This document shows, one piece after another, positions 55,086 through 64,000 of a stretch of 64,000 bases of DNA. The DNA comes from Clostridiaceae bacterium DTU079. GTDB lineage: Bacteria > Bacillota > Clostridia > Acetivibrionales > Acetivibrionaceae. The notes beneath the pieces are model-generated. The model saw only the letters and a program-made list of their open reading frames with translations. It made no database searches and had not been told where the DNA came from. Numbering within the stretch: position 1 is the stretch's first letter; each line of letters opens with the position of its first letter. Both the position numbers and the translations under genes were made by a program. The stretch spans positions 4,201 to 68,200 of the forward strand of contig LFSC01000009.1 in NCBI GenBank assembly GCA_001512505.1, in the 5' to 3' direction.

Positions 55086-55110
55086 CCCACCGCTTATAAA
55101 AAAGCGGTGG
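55086..55110 (-). terminator. GC-rich hairpin after the Cu-amine-oxidase-N-domain gene
   Basis: CCCACCGCTT (55086-55095) pairs with AAGCGGTGGG (55101-55110), with a 5-nt loop. Begins 17 nt after the stop codon. The downstream U-tract is weak (UACGGAUUUACUUUC). Confidence 0.5.
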
Positions 55111-55126
55111 GACGTATATTGCCGAA

Positions 55127-55894
55127 TTATAAGTCAAACTGAGAAATTTTTATTTGCTTTCTTTGGTCACCGATGGTTTTTACAATAATAAATTTAGGTT
55201 CAAAAGAGGAGTCTACATAAATTTCAGCCTCAAAGAAGTACATTTCTCCTTCTTTTTTTGTCACCTTTGCCATACCGCTGTAAAACTTTCTTGAACTGTC
55301 GTACGCTTCTAATGTGAGAGTTTTAGTTGCCGTATTGGTTTTGCCGAAAATTCTCAACAATTTTCCTTCCGCTTCTGTTACAATACTGTCAATTGTAAAT
55401 TCTACTTCTCTATAATAAGCCATTTCACCAAGCTCGTGCTTATCATCAATATAACTGATATAAACCGTCCTTGTGTTTCCATCCCATGATACTTCCGCAC
55501 CAGCGTTCTCACTTACAAACCTTAGAGGCACAAAGGTTCTTCCGTTCACTATTTCAGAAGCTGCGTCAAGATCTATACGGTATCCGTTAACAAAAGCATA
55601 TTCCTTTCCGATTTCAATAAAAATCTCTGTTGTATCATTGGTTGCCAATACGGTACGATTTACTCCATCCCAGCTTACTTCCACCCCTAGAGCCTCAAAT
55701 ATTCCCCTAAAAGGTACCATTGTTCTTCCGTTTTTTATGTAAGGGTTAACATCAAACTCCAGCTTCGTACCATTTAAAAAGATTTTTATATCATCCTGAG
55801 CTGCAAAAGTAAAGCTGGCGGTCAAAGCAAATGTGACTAATATACAAAATACCGTAACATACGCATAAAAACCGGACATTCTTTTCATAAGCAT
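55127..55894 (-). CDS. Secreted/membrane-anchored protein with two copper-amine-oxidase N-terminal (stalk-like) repeats and an unknown C-terminal domain
   Basis: 255-aa ORF with an N-terminal hydrophobic segment. Repeats: LNGTKLEFDVNPYIKNGRTMVPFRGIFEALGVEVSWDGVNRTV and VNGYRIDLDAASEIVNGRTFVPLRFVSENAGAEVSWDGNTRTV. Confidence 0.8.
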   Translation of the reverse strand: MLMKRMSGFYAYVTVFCILVTFALTASFTFAAQDDIKIFLNGTKLEFDVNPYIKNGRTMVPFRGIFEALGVEVSWDGVNRTVLATNDTTEIFIEIGKEYAFVNGYRIDLDAASEIVNGRTFVPLRFVSENAGAEVSWDGNTRTVYISYIDDKHELGEMAYYREVEFTIDSIVTEAEGKLLRIFGKTNTATKTLTLEAYDSSRKFYSGMAKVTKKEGEMYFFEAEIYVDSSFEPKFIIVKTIGDQRKQIKISQFDL

Positions 55895-56006
55895 TCTCCT
55901 CTACCTTTTCGTAATAGTTGTAAAAAATAGGAACAAAAAATACTAAGATAGTTCGCCTTAGCAAAGAAAGTAACGTTTAGAATTTATTTCGATTATGTAG
56001 CTATCG

Positions 56007-56043
56007 ATGTAAGTATTGCATCAAATTAATGTAAGTATTGCAT
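56007..56043. repeat. Two perfect 15-bp direct repeats with a 22-bp period, upstream of the 255-aa gene
   Basis: ATGTAAGTATTGCAT occurs at 56007-56021 and again at 56029-56043. Lies about 113-150 nt upstream of the ATG at 55894. Candidate transcription-factor binding sites. Confidence 0.55.
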
Positions 56044-56206
56044 TAATAAGTACTACTTATTCCATAATACTATTATATAACAAATTCAATGTTTAGGTCA
56101 ACTTTATAAAAAATTTTGTAATATTCTTGACATATTTATACTTTCGAAGAGTTATATAATATAATATAATACTCATTATCCTAACTATGTAAATTTTCTT
56201 TACAAC

Positions 56207-56749
56207 TTATTTTGATTTTGCTGTTATCCTCTTAAATTCCCGTGAATACATAAAAAAAGCAAAAAGAGTAGAGACAACCGCAATTATAACAAGAATATTA
56301 ACCAAAGCATCAGTATATTTATTTACAAACCCTCCCGAGTTTATTGCTATGGTCAATATTATTGCAATAAAGAAAACAACGGTAGCAAGTTTTCCATACC
56401 AATTGGCCTGTACGACCAGTTTTACTTTCTTATACAAAAGAATACTCCCCGCAACCATAAATGACTCTTTTGCAATGACTATTATCAAAACCGGTACCGG
56501 TATAATGTTTTGTATTGTAAGAATTGACAATGCTGTCAACTGCATTAGCTTGTCTGCCAAAGGATCAGCCAGTTTTCCCCATGATGTTATCATATTGAAC
56601 TTTCTGGCTATTACCCCGTCCAAAACATCAGTAATTCCGGCTAGTAAAAACAATAAAATCGCTACGGAATACTGCTTGTCCAAAAGGTAATACCCAAAAA
56701 AAGGAATAAGCATGAGCCTTAAAGCTGTTAGCATATTAGGAATATTCAC
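56207..56749 (-). CDS. pgsA: CDP-diacylglycerol-glycerol-3-phosphate 3-phosphatidyltransferase
   Basis: 180-aa ORF with the CDP-alcohol phosphatidyltransferase motif DVLDGVIARKFNMITSWGKLADPLADK and multiple TM helices. Confidence 0.92.
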   Translation of the reverse strand: MNIPNMLTALRLMLIPFFGYYLLDKQYSVAILLFLLAGITDVLDGVIARKFNMITSWGKLADPLADKLMQLTALSILTIQNIIPVPVLIIVIAKESFMVAGSILLYKKVKLVVQANWYGKLATVVFFIAIILTIAINSGGFVNKYTDALVNILVIIAVVSTLFAFFMYSREFKRITAKSK

Positions 56750-56786
56750 TCAGCCACCACCTGTTAACAGTATTTAACCCTTCATA

Positions 56787-57212
56787 TTATTGAACAGCCT
56801 TTGAAATCAATTCATAAATGTCCGGTGCATGCTTTTTAATGTTTAAAGGCTTAAGCTCCTTGTCTGTCCATACATGCATCGTCTCACCCAACGTTATTAT
56901 TGCATCCTCACCAAATCTAAAAACCTCATAAAAAAATGTAATTCTTGAATATGTTATTGCCTTGATCCCGGTTTTTACAATTATCCTGTCCTCATACTTT
57001 GCAGAACCTTTATATTTGCAATTAAGCTCAATCAAAGGAAGTAAAAAGCCTCTTTTTTCTATTTGAGAATAGGACATCCCCATTTTTTTAATAAAATCCG
57101 TTCTTGCTGCCTCAAACCAGATGGGATAATTGGAATGATGAACAATTCCCATCTGATCCGTTTCAGCATACCTTACTATAATTTCCGTCTCAGATGTAAA
57201 CACTGTTTTCAC
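56787..57212 (-). CDS. YbgC/4HBT-family acyl-CoA thioesterase
   Basis: 141-aa hotdog-fold ORF (VRYAETDQMGIVHHSNYPIWFEAARTDF). Confidence 0.88.
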   Translation of the reverse strand: MKTVFTSETEIIVRYAETDQMGIVHHSNYPIWFEAARTDFIKKMGMSYSQIEKRGFLLPLIELNCKYKGSAKYEDRIIVKTGIKAITYSRITFFYEVFRFGEDAIITLGETMHVWTDKELKPLNIKKHAPDIYELISKAVQ

Positions 57213-57307
57213 CTTAATTATTTATTTAATTATTTATTTGATTATAATAATGCAAGCATACAATATTAAAATTTAATTGTTTACCGGTTCAAAGACCAAC
57301 AACCATT

Positions 57308-58282
57308 TTATAACGATAGCATTTTACTTAGCTCAATCAATTCTTCCGGCAAAGTTTTCTGCATTTTCAACGCTTCTTCGATATCCAGATCCACTACCTG
57401 GTTATCTTTAAATGCTATAATCCTGTTGCTATTGCCATCTCTTAGAGTCTCAACAGCTTTAGCTCCCATCATACTGGCCATTACCCTGTCATGAACAGTA
57501 GGACTTCCTCCGCGCTGTATATGTCCCAGTATCGTCGCTCTGGCCTCAATACCTGTTTTATCGGTGATCTCCTTTGCTATTTCAATTGCTTTGCCTTCAA
57601 CACCTTCGGCAACTATGACCAAATAGTGCTTTTTACCTCTGTTTCTTCCTTCAATTATAGGCTTGATTACATCCACATCTATATCCAAAGTCCTTTCGGG
57701 CAACACTACTGCCTCAGCTCCCCCCGATATACTTACATTTACTGCAATATATCCTGCGTGTCTTCCCATAACCTCCAATACGCTGCATCTCTCATGGGAA
57801 TAAGCTGTATCACGTATTTTATCTATTGCATCCTGAACAGTATTCATGGCAGTATCATAACCAATAGTGTAATCCGTGCAGGCAATATCATTATCAATCG
57901 TTCCGGGAATCCCGATAACATTCATTCCCAACCTGCATAAATCCAAAGCTCCCCTGAAAGAACCGTCTCCACCTATTACAACTATTGCATCAATACCGAA
58001 AACCTTCGCCATAGACATCGCCTTATGTAAGCCTTCCTCCGTCTTAAACAACGGTGACCGGGTTGTCTGCAAAATAGTACCTCCTCTATGGATTATATCT
58101 CCGACAGTCCTTGCAGTCATTTCCTGAATATCTCCATGGATAAGGCCTTCAAAACCCTTTCTTATTCCCAATACCTTAAATCCGTAATGAATTCCGGCTC
58201 TAACCACCGCTCTTATGGCTGCATTCATTCCCGGTGCATCTCCGCCGCTGGTCAAAACCGCTATTGTTTTAACATTACCCAT
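57308..58282 (-). CDS. pfkA: ATP-dependent 6-phosphofructokinase
   Basis: 324-aa ORF: IAVLTSGGDAPGMNAAIRAVVR, VIGGDGSF, GIPGTIDNDI, MGRHAG, GHIQRGG. Confidence 0.97.
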   Translation of the reverse strand: MGNVKTIAVLTSGGDAPGMNAAIRAVVRAGIHYGFKVLGIRKGFEGLIHGDIQEMTARTVGDIIHRGGTILQTTRSPLFKTEEGLHKAMSMAKVFGIDAIVVIGGDGSFRGALDLCRLGMNVIGIPGTIDNDIACTDYTIGYDTAMNTVQDAIDKIRDTAYSHERCSVLEVMGRHAGYIAVNVSISGGAEAVVLPERTLDIDVDVIKPIIEGRNRGKKHYLVIVAEGVEGKAIEIAKEITDKTGIEARATILGHIQRGGSPTVHDRVMASMMGAKAVETLRDGNSNRIIAFKDNQVVDLDIEEALKMQKTLPEELIELSKMLSL

Positions 58283-58325
58283 AATTGTCCTCCTTTGTAA
58301 GTATAAACCCGCATATAATATTAAA

Positions 58326-58348
58326 CCCGTGTTTTATTTAAACACGGG
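58326..58348 (-). terminator. Hairpin between the small ORFs and pfkA (terminator or attenuator)
   Basis: On the minus strand CCCGUGUUU-AAAUA-AAACACGGG is followed by UUUAAUAUU. Lies 44 nt upstream of the pfkA start. Confidence 0.5.
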
Positions 58349-58486
58349 ATATTGAACCTTCCACCGCTAAAGTGACAAGATTCCTGCTTCCCAGATTCTA
58401 CAATTTCTATCTCCACAGGTTTAATATTCGATAGTTCATGCAATTTATCTTATTTATCAAAGAATATATTTGACTAATCGATTAAC

Positions 58487-58684
58487 TTAATATCCCTTTT
58501 CAATAATCACGCTATGTGCCTCTTCAACTTCAGCTTCCGGAACAAGAACCTCATAATAATTATCATTATTTTCATGATTTTTGCTTATAGGTCTTAATTT
58601 TACCAGAATGCCTTCATTCGTCAAAAATTCCTGCATTTGCGTGGCGATCTCTTTGCTCTGAGCCATATATACCACTGTCCACAT
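58487..58684 (-). CDS. Hypothetical small protein (possibly a DUF2007-like beta-alpha-beta fold)
   Basis: The ORF track gives 58487..58693. The ATG at 58684 (MWTVVYMAQSKEIATQMQEFLTNEGILVKL...) lies 10 nt after GGGG. Starts about 20 nt after the mtrB stop. The function call is only pattern-level. Confidence 0.5.
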   Translation of the reverse strand: MWTVVYMAQSKEIATQMQEFLTNEGILVKLRPISKNHENNDNYYEVLVPEAEVEEAHSVIIEKGY

Positions 58685-58706
58685 ATATATCACGCCCCTT
58701 TATCAG

Positions 58707-58940
58707 TTATTCACCGGAATAAACTTCTCCATGCCGACATATTATTCTGGCTTTTCCTCTAATTTTTATAGCAGAAGTATTATCGGTAAACTGGGCTATT
58801 AAGACTTCACCCTTATCCAGTTTTTCAGTATGATGAAATTTCGTGTCTTTACCCCTGGTAAGACCAATAATATTTACCCCATTTTCTTCGGCTTTTACCA
58901 CTACAAAATCTCCATATATCTTCTCTGCGTCCCAATCCAA
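58707..58940 (-). CDS. mtrB: trp RNA-binding attenuation protein (TRAP) orthologue
   Basis: 77-aa ORF with a TTG start preceded by GAGGTGG at 6 nt. [54 protein letters not shown] is nearly collinear with B. subtilis TRAP ([54 protein letters not shown], from memory). Confidence 0.88.
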   Translation of the reverse strand: MDWDAEKIYGDFVVVKAEENGVNIIGLTRGKDTKFHHTEKLDKGEVLIAQFTDNTSAIKIRGKARIICRHGEVYSGE

Positions 58941-59008
58941 TTAAAACCACCTCGACATAACTATATATTAATTTTAAATAAAAATCAATATGAAATTTGG
59001 GCAATAAC

Positions 59009-62000
59009 TTATGAAACCCTTACATTTTCGTCCCCCAACACTGATTTTAATTCGTCTAAAACAATATCATTAAGGCTTACCCAATATTCTCTTTCCAGTA
59101 CTTTAACTTTATTTTGCTGCTCATCATACAAGCACACGGGAGTATTACCACCAAAAAATTTCAATATACAAAAAGCCGATTCCATCAATTCATTATTCAC
59201 ATCATCATTCACTCTCAAATAAAGCTTGCGCAAAACTGTCTTCTTCAAAGGACTTACCTCTTCGCATATTATTTTTGGCTGTTCCTCTTCTTTTATACTT
59301 ATCCTGCCCTTAATCAAAACAATATTCTCAATTTCCACAAGCTTTGAGTACTTTTCCAGTACAGTGGGGAAAACAATTATTTCCATCGTCCCGTATAAAT
59401 CCTCTAAAGTCAGAAAAGCCATCAAATTATTATTCTTTGTAGTTTTTGTCTTTTTTGAAGTAATTATTCCGCCGACGGTAACAATCATACCGTCATATAA
59501 ATCCTTCTGTTCATTGTTGACAATGCCTTCCTCCACTTCCTCCTGGCCGGTATTCAAATCGGAACTGAATATATTTACCCGCTGTGCAATTTCTTTTTCA
59601 AATTCCCTCAAAGGATGCCCGGATATATACAATCCCAACATCTCCTTCTCCATGGACAAAATTACCTTGTTGGGATATTCCTTTATATCCGGATATATGT
59701 CGCTATCATCGTCTAAAAGCCTGTCTTTAGCCTGTTCTTTTTCACTGTTCCTATCGGAGGGCAAATCAAACAAGGAAAGCTGTCCCTCCATGTTCTTCTT
59801 TCTTATCTGGGATATACCGTCCATCATCTTTTCATAAACAGCAATAAGCTTCGACCTGAATATACCCATGGAGTCAAAGGCTCCGCTTTTAATAAGACTT
59901 TCGACGCACCTTTTGTTGACATCCTTTCCGTCAACTCTTTCAAGGAAGTCCCTCAAGCCCTTATAGCTTCCTCTGCTGTTTCTTTCAAGTATAATCGATT
60001 TAACCGCATTTTCTCCCACATTTTTTATCGCAGCCATACCAAACCTTATTTTACCGTTAACGACCGTAAACTTAACATCACTTTCGTTAATATCCGGGGG
60101 CAATACTTCTATTCCAAGATTTCTGCATTCGTGTATATACTGGGATATTTTGTCGCTATTTCCCAAAAAACTGTTTAACAATGCTGCCATAAACTCAACG
60201 GGATAATAACACTTAAGCCATGCGGTCTGATAAGCTACAACCGCATAAGCCGCTGCATGAGACTTGTTAAAAGCATAGCTTGCAAAATCCATCATCTCAT
60301 CGAATATCTTGTTTGCCGTTTCCTCATCTACGCCGTTTCTAACAGCCCCCATTACTATAATATTTCCCTCTTCGTCATCTATTCCATGAATGAAATTTTT
60401 TCTTTCCTGCTCCATTACACTGATTTTTTTCTTTGCCATAGCACGCCTTACAAGATCCGCTCTTCCCATGGAATAACCAGCAAGCTCACGAACAACCTGC
60501 ATAACCTGCTCCTGATAAACCATACATCCATAAGTCACATTCAATATGCCTTCCAAAAGGGGATGATCATATTTAATTAACTCAGGATTGCGTTTATATT
60601 TGATATATCTTGGTATCTGATCCATGGGTCCCGGGCGGTATAACGAAATACCGGCTATAATATCTTCAAAAGATGAAGGCTGAAGCTCCTTCATAAATTG
60701 AGTCATTCCGGCACTTTCCAATTGAAATACTCCTGAGGTTTTACCTTCCCCGATAAGCTTAAACACTTTGGGATCATCCATTTTGAGCTCATTAATCCCA
60801 ATTTCCCTGCCGTGATTCTTTTTTATAAGGTTAACAGCATCCCTGATTACCGTCAGGGTTCTCAAGCCCAAAAAATCCATTTTTAAAAGCCCCAATTCCT
60901 CCAAAAGCCCCATGGTAAACTGGGTTGTAACGCTGCCTTCACTCTTTTGCAAAGGAACATATTCCGTAAGGGGATCTTTGGATATTACCACGCCGGCCGC
61001 ATGGGTGGAAGCATGTCTTGGCATTCCTTCAAGCAATCTGGCCGTATTTATCAATTCCCTGACCTTTTCGTCTTCTTCGTATTGCTGCTTCAACTCGGGA
61101 TTAAGCTCTAAAGCCTTGTCTATACTCATCCCGGGCTGAAAGGGAATCATTTTTGCAATAACATCCACATCACCATAGGGCATGTCAAGAGCCCTTCCCA
61201 CATCTCTGATTACAGCTCTTGCCGCCATGGTTCCAAAGGTAATTATCTGGGCAACCCTGTCCTTTCCGTATTTCTCCACCACATAATCAATTACCTCCTG
61301 CCTTCTTTCAAAGCAGAAGTCTATGTCAATATCGGGCATACTTATCCTTTCGGGATTGAGAAATCTTTCAAAAAGCAGACTGTACTTTATGGGATCGATA
61401 TTTGTAATCTCAAGACAATAAGCCACAAGGCTCCCTGCTGCAGAACCTCTTCCGGGGCCAACCATTATTCCGTTTTCTTTGGCGTACCTTATAAAATCTC
61501 CCACAATAAGGAAGTAATCCACATATCCCATTTGTTTTATAATGGAAAGCTCATACTCAAGCCTGTTTTTCTTGTCTTCATCTCTTTCCTCTTCCGGGTA
61601 TCTTCTTTCAAATCCCTGATAACAAAGGGATCTTAAGTATTCATAAGGTTCCCTGCCTTCCGGCACACTAAACTGAGGAAGATGCAACTTATTGAATTCC
61701 AATTCGACATTACACCTTTGTGCAACACTGACTGTATTAGAGATCGCTTCAGGAATGTTTTTAAACAATTCCTCCATCTCTTCGGGAGATTTGATATAGA
61801 AATCGTCGGAAGAAAACATCATTCGGTCTTCGTCATTTATGCTTTTTCCGGTCTGAATGCAAAGGAGAATTTCATGAGCCCTGGCATCCTCCCGGCGTAA
61901 ATAATGGGCATCATTGGTTGCAATCAGCGGTATGCCGGTTTCTCTGCTCAGCTTTATAAGCTGTTGGTTGACAATATTCTGCTCTTCTATGCCGTTCATC

Positions 62001-62527
62001 TGAAGCTCAAGGTAAAAATTGTCCTGTCCGAAAATGCTGTTCAGTTTTAAAGCAAGCTCCTCTGCCTTTTTGTAATTGTTATTCAAAATTGCCTTGGGTA
62101 TATCCCCGGAAAGGCAGGCACTTAATGCAATTAGCCCTTCGCTGTATTTTTCCAGCACCTCCATGTCAACCCTCGGCTTATAATAGAATCCTTCGGTAAA
62201 CCCTATGGATACAATTTTCATTAAGTTTTTGTATCCCACATTGTTTTTGGCCAATAAAACCATATGACCGGGATCCGAATCCCGACCGTCCTTTTTGTCG
62301 AACCTAGATCCTGCCGTAGTATATATTTCACAACCAATTATAGGTTTAATTCCGTTATTTACTGCTTCCTTGTAGAAATCAACCACTCCATACATAACAC
62401 CATGGTCAGTTATGGCTATACTGTCCATCCCCAGCTCTTTTGTGCGCTTTATCAAATCCTTTATCCTGTTTGCACCGTCCAGCAGGCTGTATTCTGTATG
62501 AACGTGAAGGTGTACAAACCTTTGCAC
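59009..62527 (-). CDS. dnaE: DNA polymerase III alpha subunit DnaE
   Basis: 1172-aa ORF with an N-terminal PHP domain (FVHLHVHTEYSLLDGA), the Pol III core (PDIDIDF ... GLLKMDFLGLRTL) and a C-terminal OB fold. Confidence 0.97.
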   Translation of the reverse strand: MQRFVHLHVHTEYSLLDGANRIKDLIKRTKELGMDSIAITDHGVMYGVVDFYKEAVNNGIKPIIGCEIYTTAGSRFDKKDGRDSDPGHMVLLAKNNVGYKNLMKIVSIGFTEGFYYKPRVDMEVLEKYSEGLIALSACLSGDIPKAILNNNYKKAEELALKLNSIFGQDNFYLELQMNGIEEQNIVNQQLIKLSRETGIPLIATNDAHYLRREDARAHEILLCIQTGKSINDEDRMMFSSDDFYIKSPEEMEELFKNIPEAISNTVSVAQRCNVELEFNKLHLPQFSVPEGREPYEYLRSLCYQGFERRYPEEERDEDKKNRLEYELSIIKQMGYVDYFLIVGDFIRYAKENGIMVGPGRGSAAGSLVAYCLEITNIDPIKYSLLFERFLNPERISMPDIDIDFCFERRQEVIDYVVEKYGKDRVAQIITFGTMAARAVIRDVGRALDMPYGDVDVIAKMIPFQPGMSIDKALELNPELKQQYEEDEKVRELINTARLLEGMPRHASTHAAGVVISKDPLTEYVPLQKSEGSVTTQFTMGLLEELGLLKMDFLGLRTLTVIRDAVNLIKKNHGREIGINELKMDDPKVFKLIGEGKTSGVFQLESAGMTQFMKELQPSSFEDIIAGISLYRPGPMDQIPRYIKYKRNPELIKYDHPLLEGILNVTYGCMVYQEQVMQVVRELAGYSMGRADLVRRAMAKKKISVMEQERKNFIHGIDDEEGNIIVMGAVRNGVDEETANKIFDEMMDFASYAFNKSHAAAYAVVAYQTAWLKCYYPVEFMAALLNSFLGNSDKISQYIHECRNLGIEVLPPDINESDVKFTVVNGKIRFGMAAIKNVGENAVKSIILERNSRGSYKGLRDFLERVDGKDVNKRCVESLIKSGAFDSMGIFRSKLIAVYEKMMDGISQIRKKNMEGQLSLFDLPSDRNSEKEQAKDRLLDDDSDIYPDIKEYPNKVILSMEKEMLGLYISGHPLREFEKEIAQRVNIFSSDLNTGQEEVEEGIVNNEQKDLYDGMIVTVGGIITSKKTKTTKNNNLMAFLTLEDLYGTMEIIVFPTVLEKYSKLVEIENIVLIKGRISIKEEEQPKIICEEVSPLKKTVLRKLYLRVNDDVNNELMESAFCILKFFGGNTPVCLYDEQQNKVKVLEREYWVSLNDIVLDELKSVLGDENVRVS

Positions 62528-62633
62528 TCATATCACCCTTTGTAACTTGTCTAATAATTGCTTCTATTATAGCATAACAAAAAAGCGAAGTACATTGCAC
62601 TCCATTTGGGGTTTTTGTTAATGTAAAGAAAAA

Positions 62634-62657
62634 TATGCACTCCCATCATGGAGTGCA
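62634..62657 (-). terminator. Intrinsic terminator of the phosphohexomutase gene
   Basis: On the minus strand AUGCACUCC-AUGAUG-GGAGUGCAU is followed by AUUUUUCUUU. Begins 33 nt after the stop at 62690. Confidence 0.75.
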
Positions 62658-62689
62658 TACTTAATGTATAGAAAATACTATTTTTTCAC

Positions 62690-64000
62690 TTAATCAAAAA
62701 GCAATTTTTCAATTACGGAAAGTACATTTTCCTGCAAGAGCTTAAGTTTTTCCTTAGCTTTATCCATAGTACTTTCTTTTACACCGTAATATATCTTTAT
62801 TTTCGGCTCAGTGCCTGAAGGCCTTATAGCAAACCAGCATCCTTCATCCAACTCATAATACAAAACATCGGATTCAGGCAACGTCAGTTTTTCCTTTTGT
62901 CCGGAAGAAACCACGTATCTTTCGCCTAATAAATAATCCCTTACCGCACTTACCTCATATGTTCCGAATTTTACTGTTTTATTTACCCTCAGACTTTCCA
63001 TAGCTGAAGTTATTTTTTCTAAACCTTCTTTTCCCTTAAGGGTAAAGGAGGTAATTCCTTCGAGGGAATAGCCATACTTTTCAAACAATTCGAGTAATCC
63101 TTCATACAATGTCATACCTCTGGATTTATAATATGCTGCCATCTCCGCAATAAGCATGGAAGCAACAACAGCATCCTTATCTCTCGCAAAGGTACCGGCA
63201 AGGTATCCGTAGCTTTCTTCAAAGCCGAACAGATACTTCATATTTCCAAACTCATCCAATTGCTTTATTTTTTCTCCGATAAACTTAAATCCGGTCAGAA
63301 CCTCAATGAGCTCAACATTATAATCTTTGGCAATTTCCTTGGCAAGCTCGGTGGTAACTATGGTTTTTACTACAAAACCGTTTTCGGGTAGTTCTCCCCT
63401 CTTTTTCTTCTGAGACAATATGTACTCAAGCAAGAGGCACCCTGTCTGATTACCGGTCAAAACTACATATTCTCCGTCTTTGTTTCTGACTACAACCCCC
63501 ACCCTGTCACTGTCCGGGTCAGTTCCTATAATAAGATCCACATCCTCTTTCTTTGCCAGTTCAATAGCAAGTTTAAAGGCATCCTTCTCCTCCGGATTCG
63601 GATATGCTACTGTTGAAAACTCAGGATCCGGGAGCTCCTGTTCCTTTACAACAATTACATTTTCAAATCCGGTTTCTTTAAGTATTCTCCTAACCGGTTT
63701 ATTTCCGGCGCCATGCAAAGGTGTATACACAATCTTAAAGCTGCGTCCGATTTCCTTTGAAAGCTCCGGATTAACGGTGAGAGTTTTAAGCTTTTCTATG
63801 TATTCATCATCAACCTCTTTGCCGATAATCTGAAGCAATCCCTTCTCGATTGCTTCATCCTTCTCCATAATCTTAACCTTTGTTATGTCTTCAATTCTGC
63901 CTATATAGGACAAAACTTCGTTTGACGCTTCAATGGGAAGCTGTCCCCCGTCTTCTCCATACACCTTGTAACCGTTATATTCTTTTGGGTTATGGCTTGC
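62690..64000 (-). CDS. Phosphoglucomutase/phosphomannomutase family protein (PgcA-like), 5' end outside the window
   Basis: The frame stays open to the window edge. My translation of 64000-63960 reads ASHNPKEYNGYKVYGEDGG, containing the phosphoserine-loop motif (T)ASHNP. The remainder (GTDPDSDR, GFEESYG) matches alpha-D-phosphohexomutases. Confidence 0.92.
   Translation of the reverse strand, partial: ASHNPKEYNGYKVYGEDGGQLPIEASNEVLSYIGRIEDITKVKIMEKDEAIEKGLLQIIGKEVDDEYIEKLKTLTVNPELSKEIGRSFKIVYTPLHGAGNKPVRRILKETGFENVIVVKEQELPDPEFSTVAYPNPEEKDAFKLAIELAKKEDVDLIIGTDPDSDRVGVVVRNKDGEYVVLTGNQTGCLLLEYILSQKKKRGELPENGFVVKTIVTTELAKEIAKDYNVELIEVLTGFKFIGEKIKQLDEFGNMKYLFGFEESYGYLAGTFARDKDAVVASMLIAEMAAYYKSRGMTLYEGLLELFEKYGYSLEGITSFTLKGKEGLEKITSAMESLRVNKTVKFGTYEVSAVRDYLLGERYVVSSGQKEKLTLPESDVLYYELDEGCWFAIRPSGTEPKIKIYYGVKESTMDKAKEKLKLLQENVLSVIEKLLFD

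Noticed and set aside
54868-55126. Possible c-di-GMP riboswitch (GEMM) in the leader of the CBM3/VWA adhesin-like gene
   Set aside because: The A/C-rich repeats (CCAAACC, CGCAAAC) look superficially similar. However, the GC-rich paired stems and conserved GEMM core sequences are absent.
58283-58486. TRAP-binding (G/U)AG triplet array near mtrB or in the pfkA leader
   Set aside because: Only isolated GAG/TAG triplets with irregular spacing (GAG-A-TAG-N6-TAG). There is nothing like the 9-11 regularly spaced repeats needed for TRAP binding.
62590-62660. Repeated TGCACTCC(C)AT motif (about 62597 and 62636) upstream of dnaE
   Set aside because: One copy is an arm of the phosphohexomutase terminator. 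The second copy lacks a complementary partner, and a short 8-10-nt match is not significant.
1-64000. Search for CRISPR arrays, tRNA/rRNA genes, transposases, integrases, phage or toxin-antitoxin modules
   Set aside because: There are no regularly spaced direct repeats with unique spacers and no cloverleaf-like or rRNA-like segments in the intergenic regions I read. No ORF shows recombinase, transposase or phage hallmarks. A tRNAscan/Infernal run would be needed to be definitive for small RNAs.

Overview
A 64-kb chromosomal segment from a low-GC, spore-forming, motile member of the Clostridia. A type I dockerin and a CBM3 module suggest a cellulosome producer similar to Acetivibrio/Clostridium thermocellum; this is inference and was not verified. 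Almost all genes lie on the minus strand. In transcription order (high to low coordinates) the window contains: a phosphohexomutase cut at its 5' end, dnaE, mtrB (TRAP) plus a small ORF, pfkA, a thioesterase and pgsA. Next is an accessory block: a Cu-amine-oxidase-N-domain protein, a 1059-aa CBM3/CBM/VWA surface protein, a double-P-loop ATPase, and a dockerin protein with an SLT/lysozyme-like domain. Then come murT-gatD (divergent, plus strand), a 5'-truncated murA, ftsQ-sbp-ftsA-ftsZ, spoIIGA-sigE-sigG, ylmC and nrdR. These are followed by an orphan Maf-type glycosyltransferase beside two convergent paralogous small ORFs, then yifB/comM, xth, dprA, topA and trmFO. The window ends with a Bacillus-type fla/che operon running from flgB to cheA (cheA cut by the window edge). 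I saw no rRNA, tRNA, CRISPR array, transposase or phage gene. The most notable observations are: (1) a family of three related long hairpins sharing the arm motif GAAGAAAAATAT-NNN-AGAAAC, one expanded to a ~170-nt rod-like structured element between ftsZ and spoIIGA; (2) the small-paralogue pair plus orphan Maf locus, with a sigma-K-like promoter; (3) murA truncated exactly at its catalytic-loop codons next to a short direct repeat and divergent murT-gatD; (4) a TRAP (mtrB) orthologue without mtrA; (5) unusual cellulosome/surface proteins; (6) GC-rich stem-loops bracketing flgE. All promoter and RNA calls come from reading the sequence by eye and need computation or experiment.
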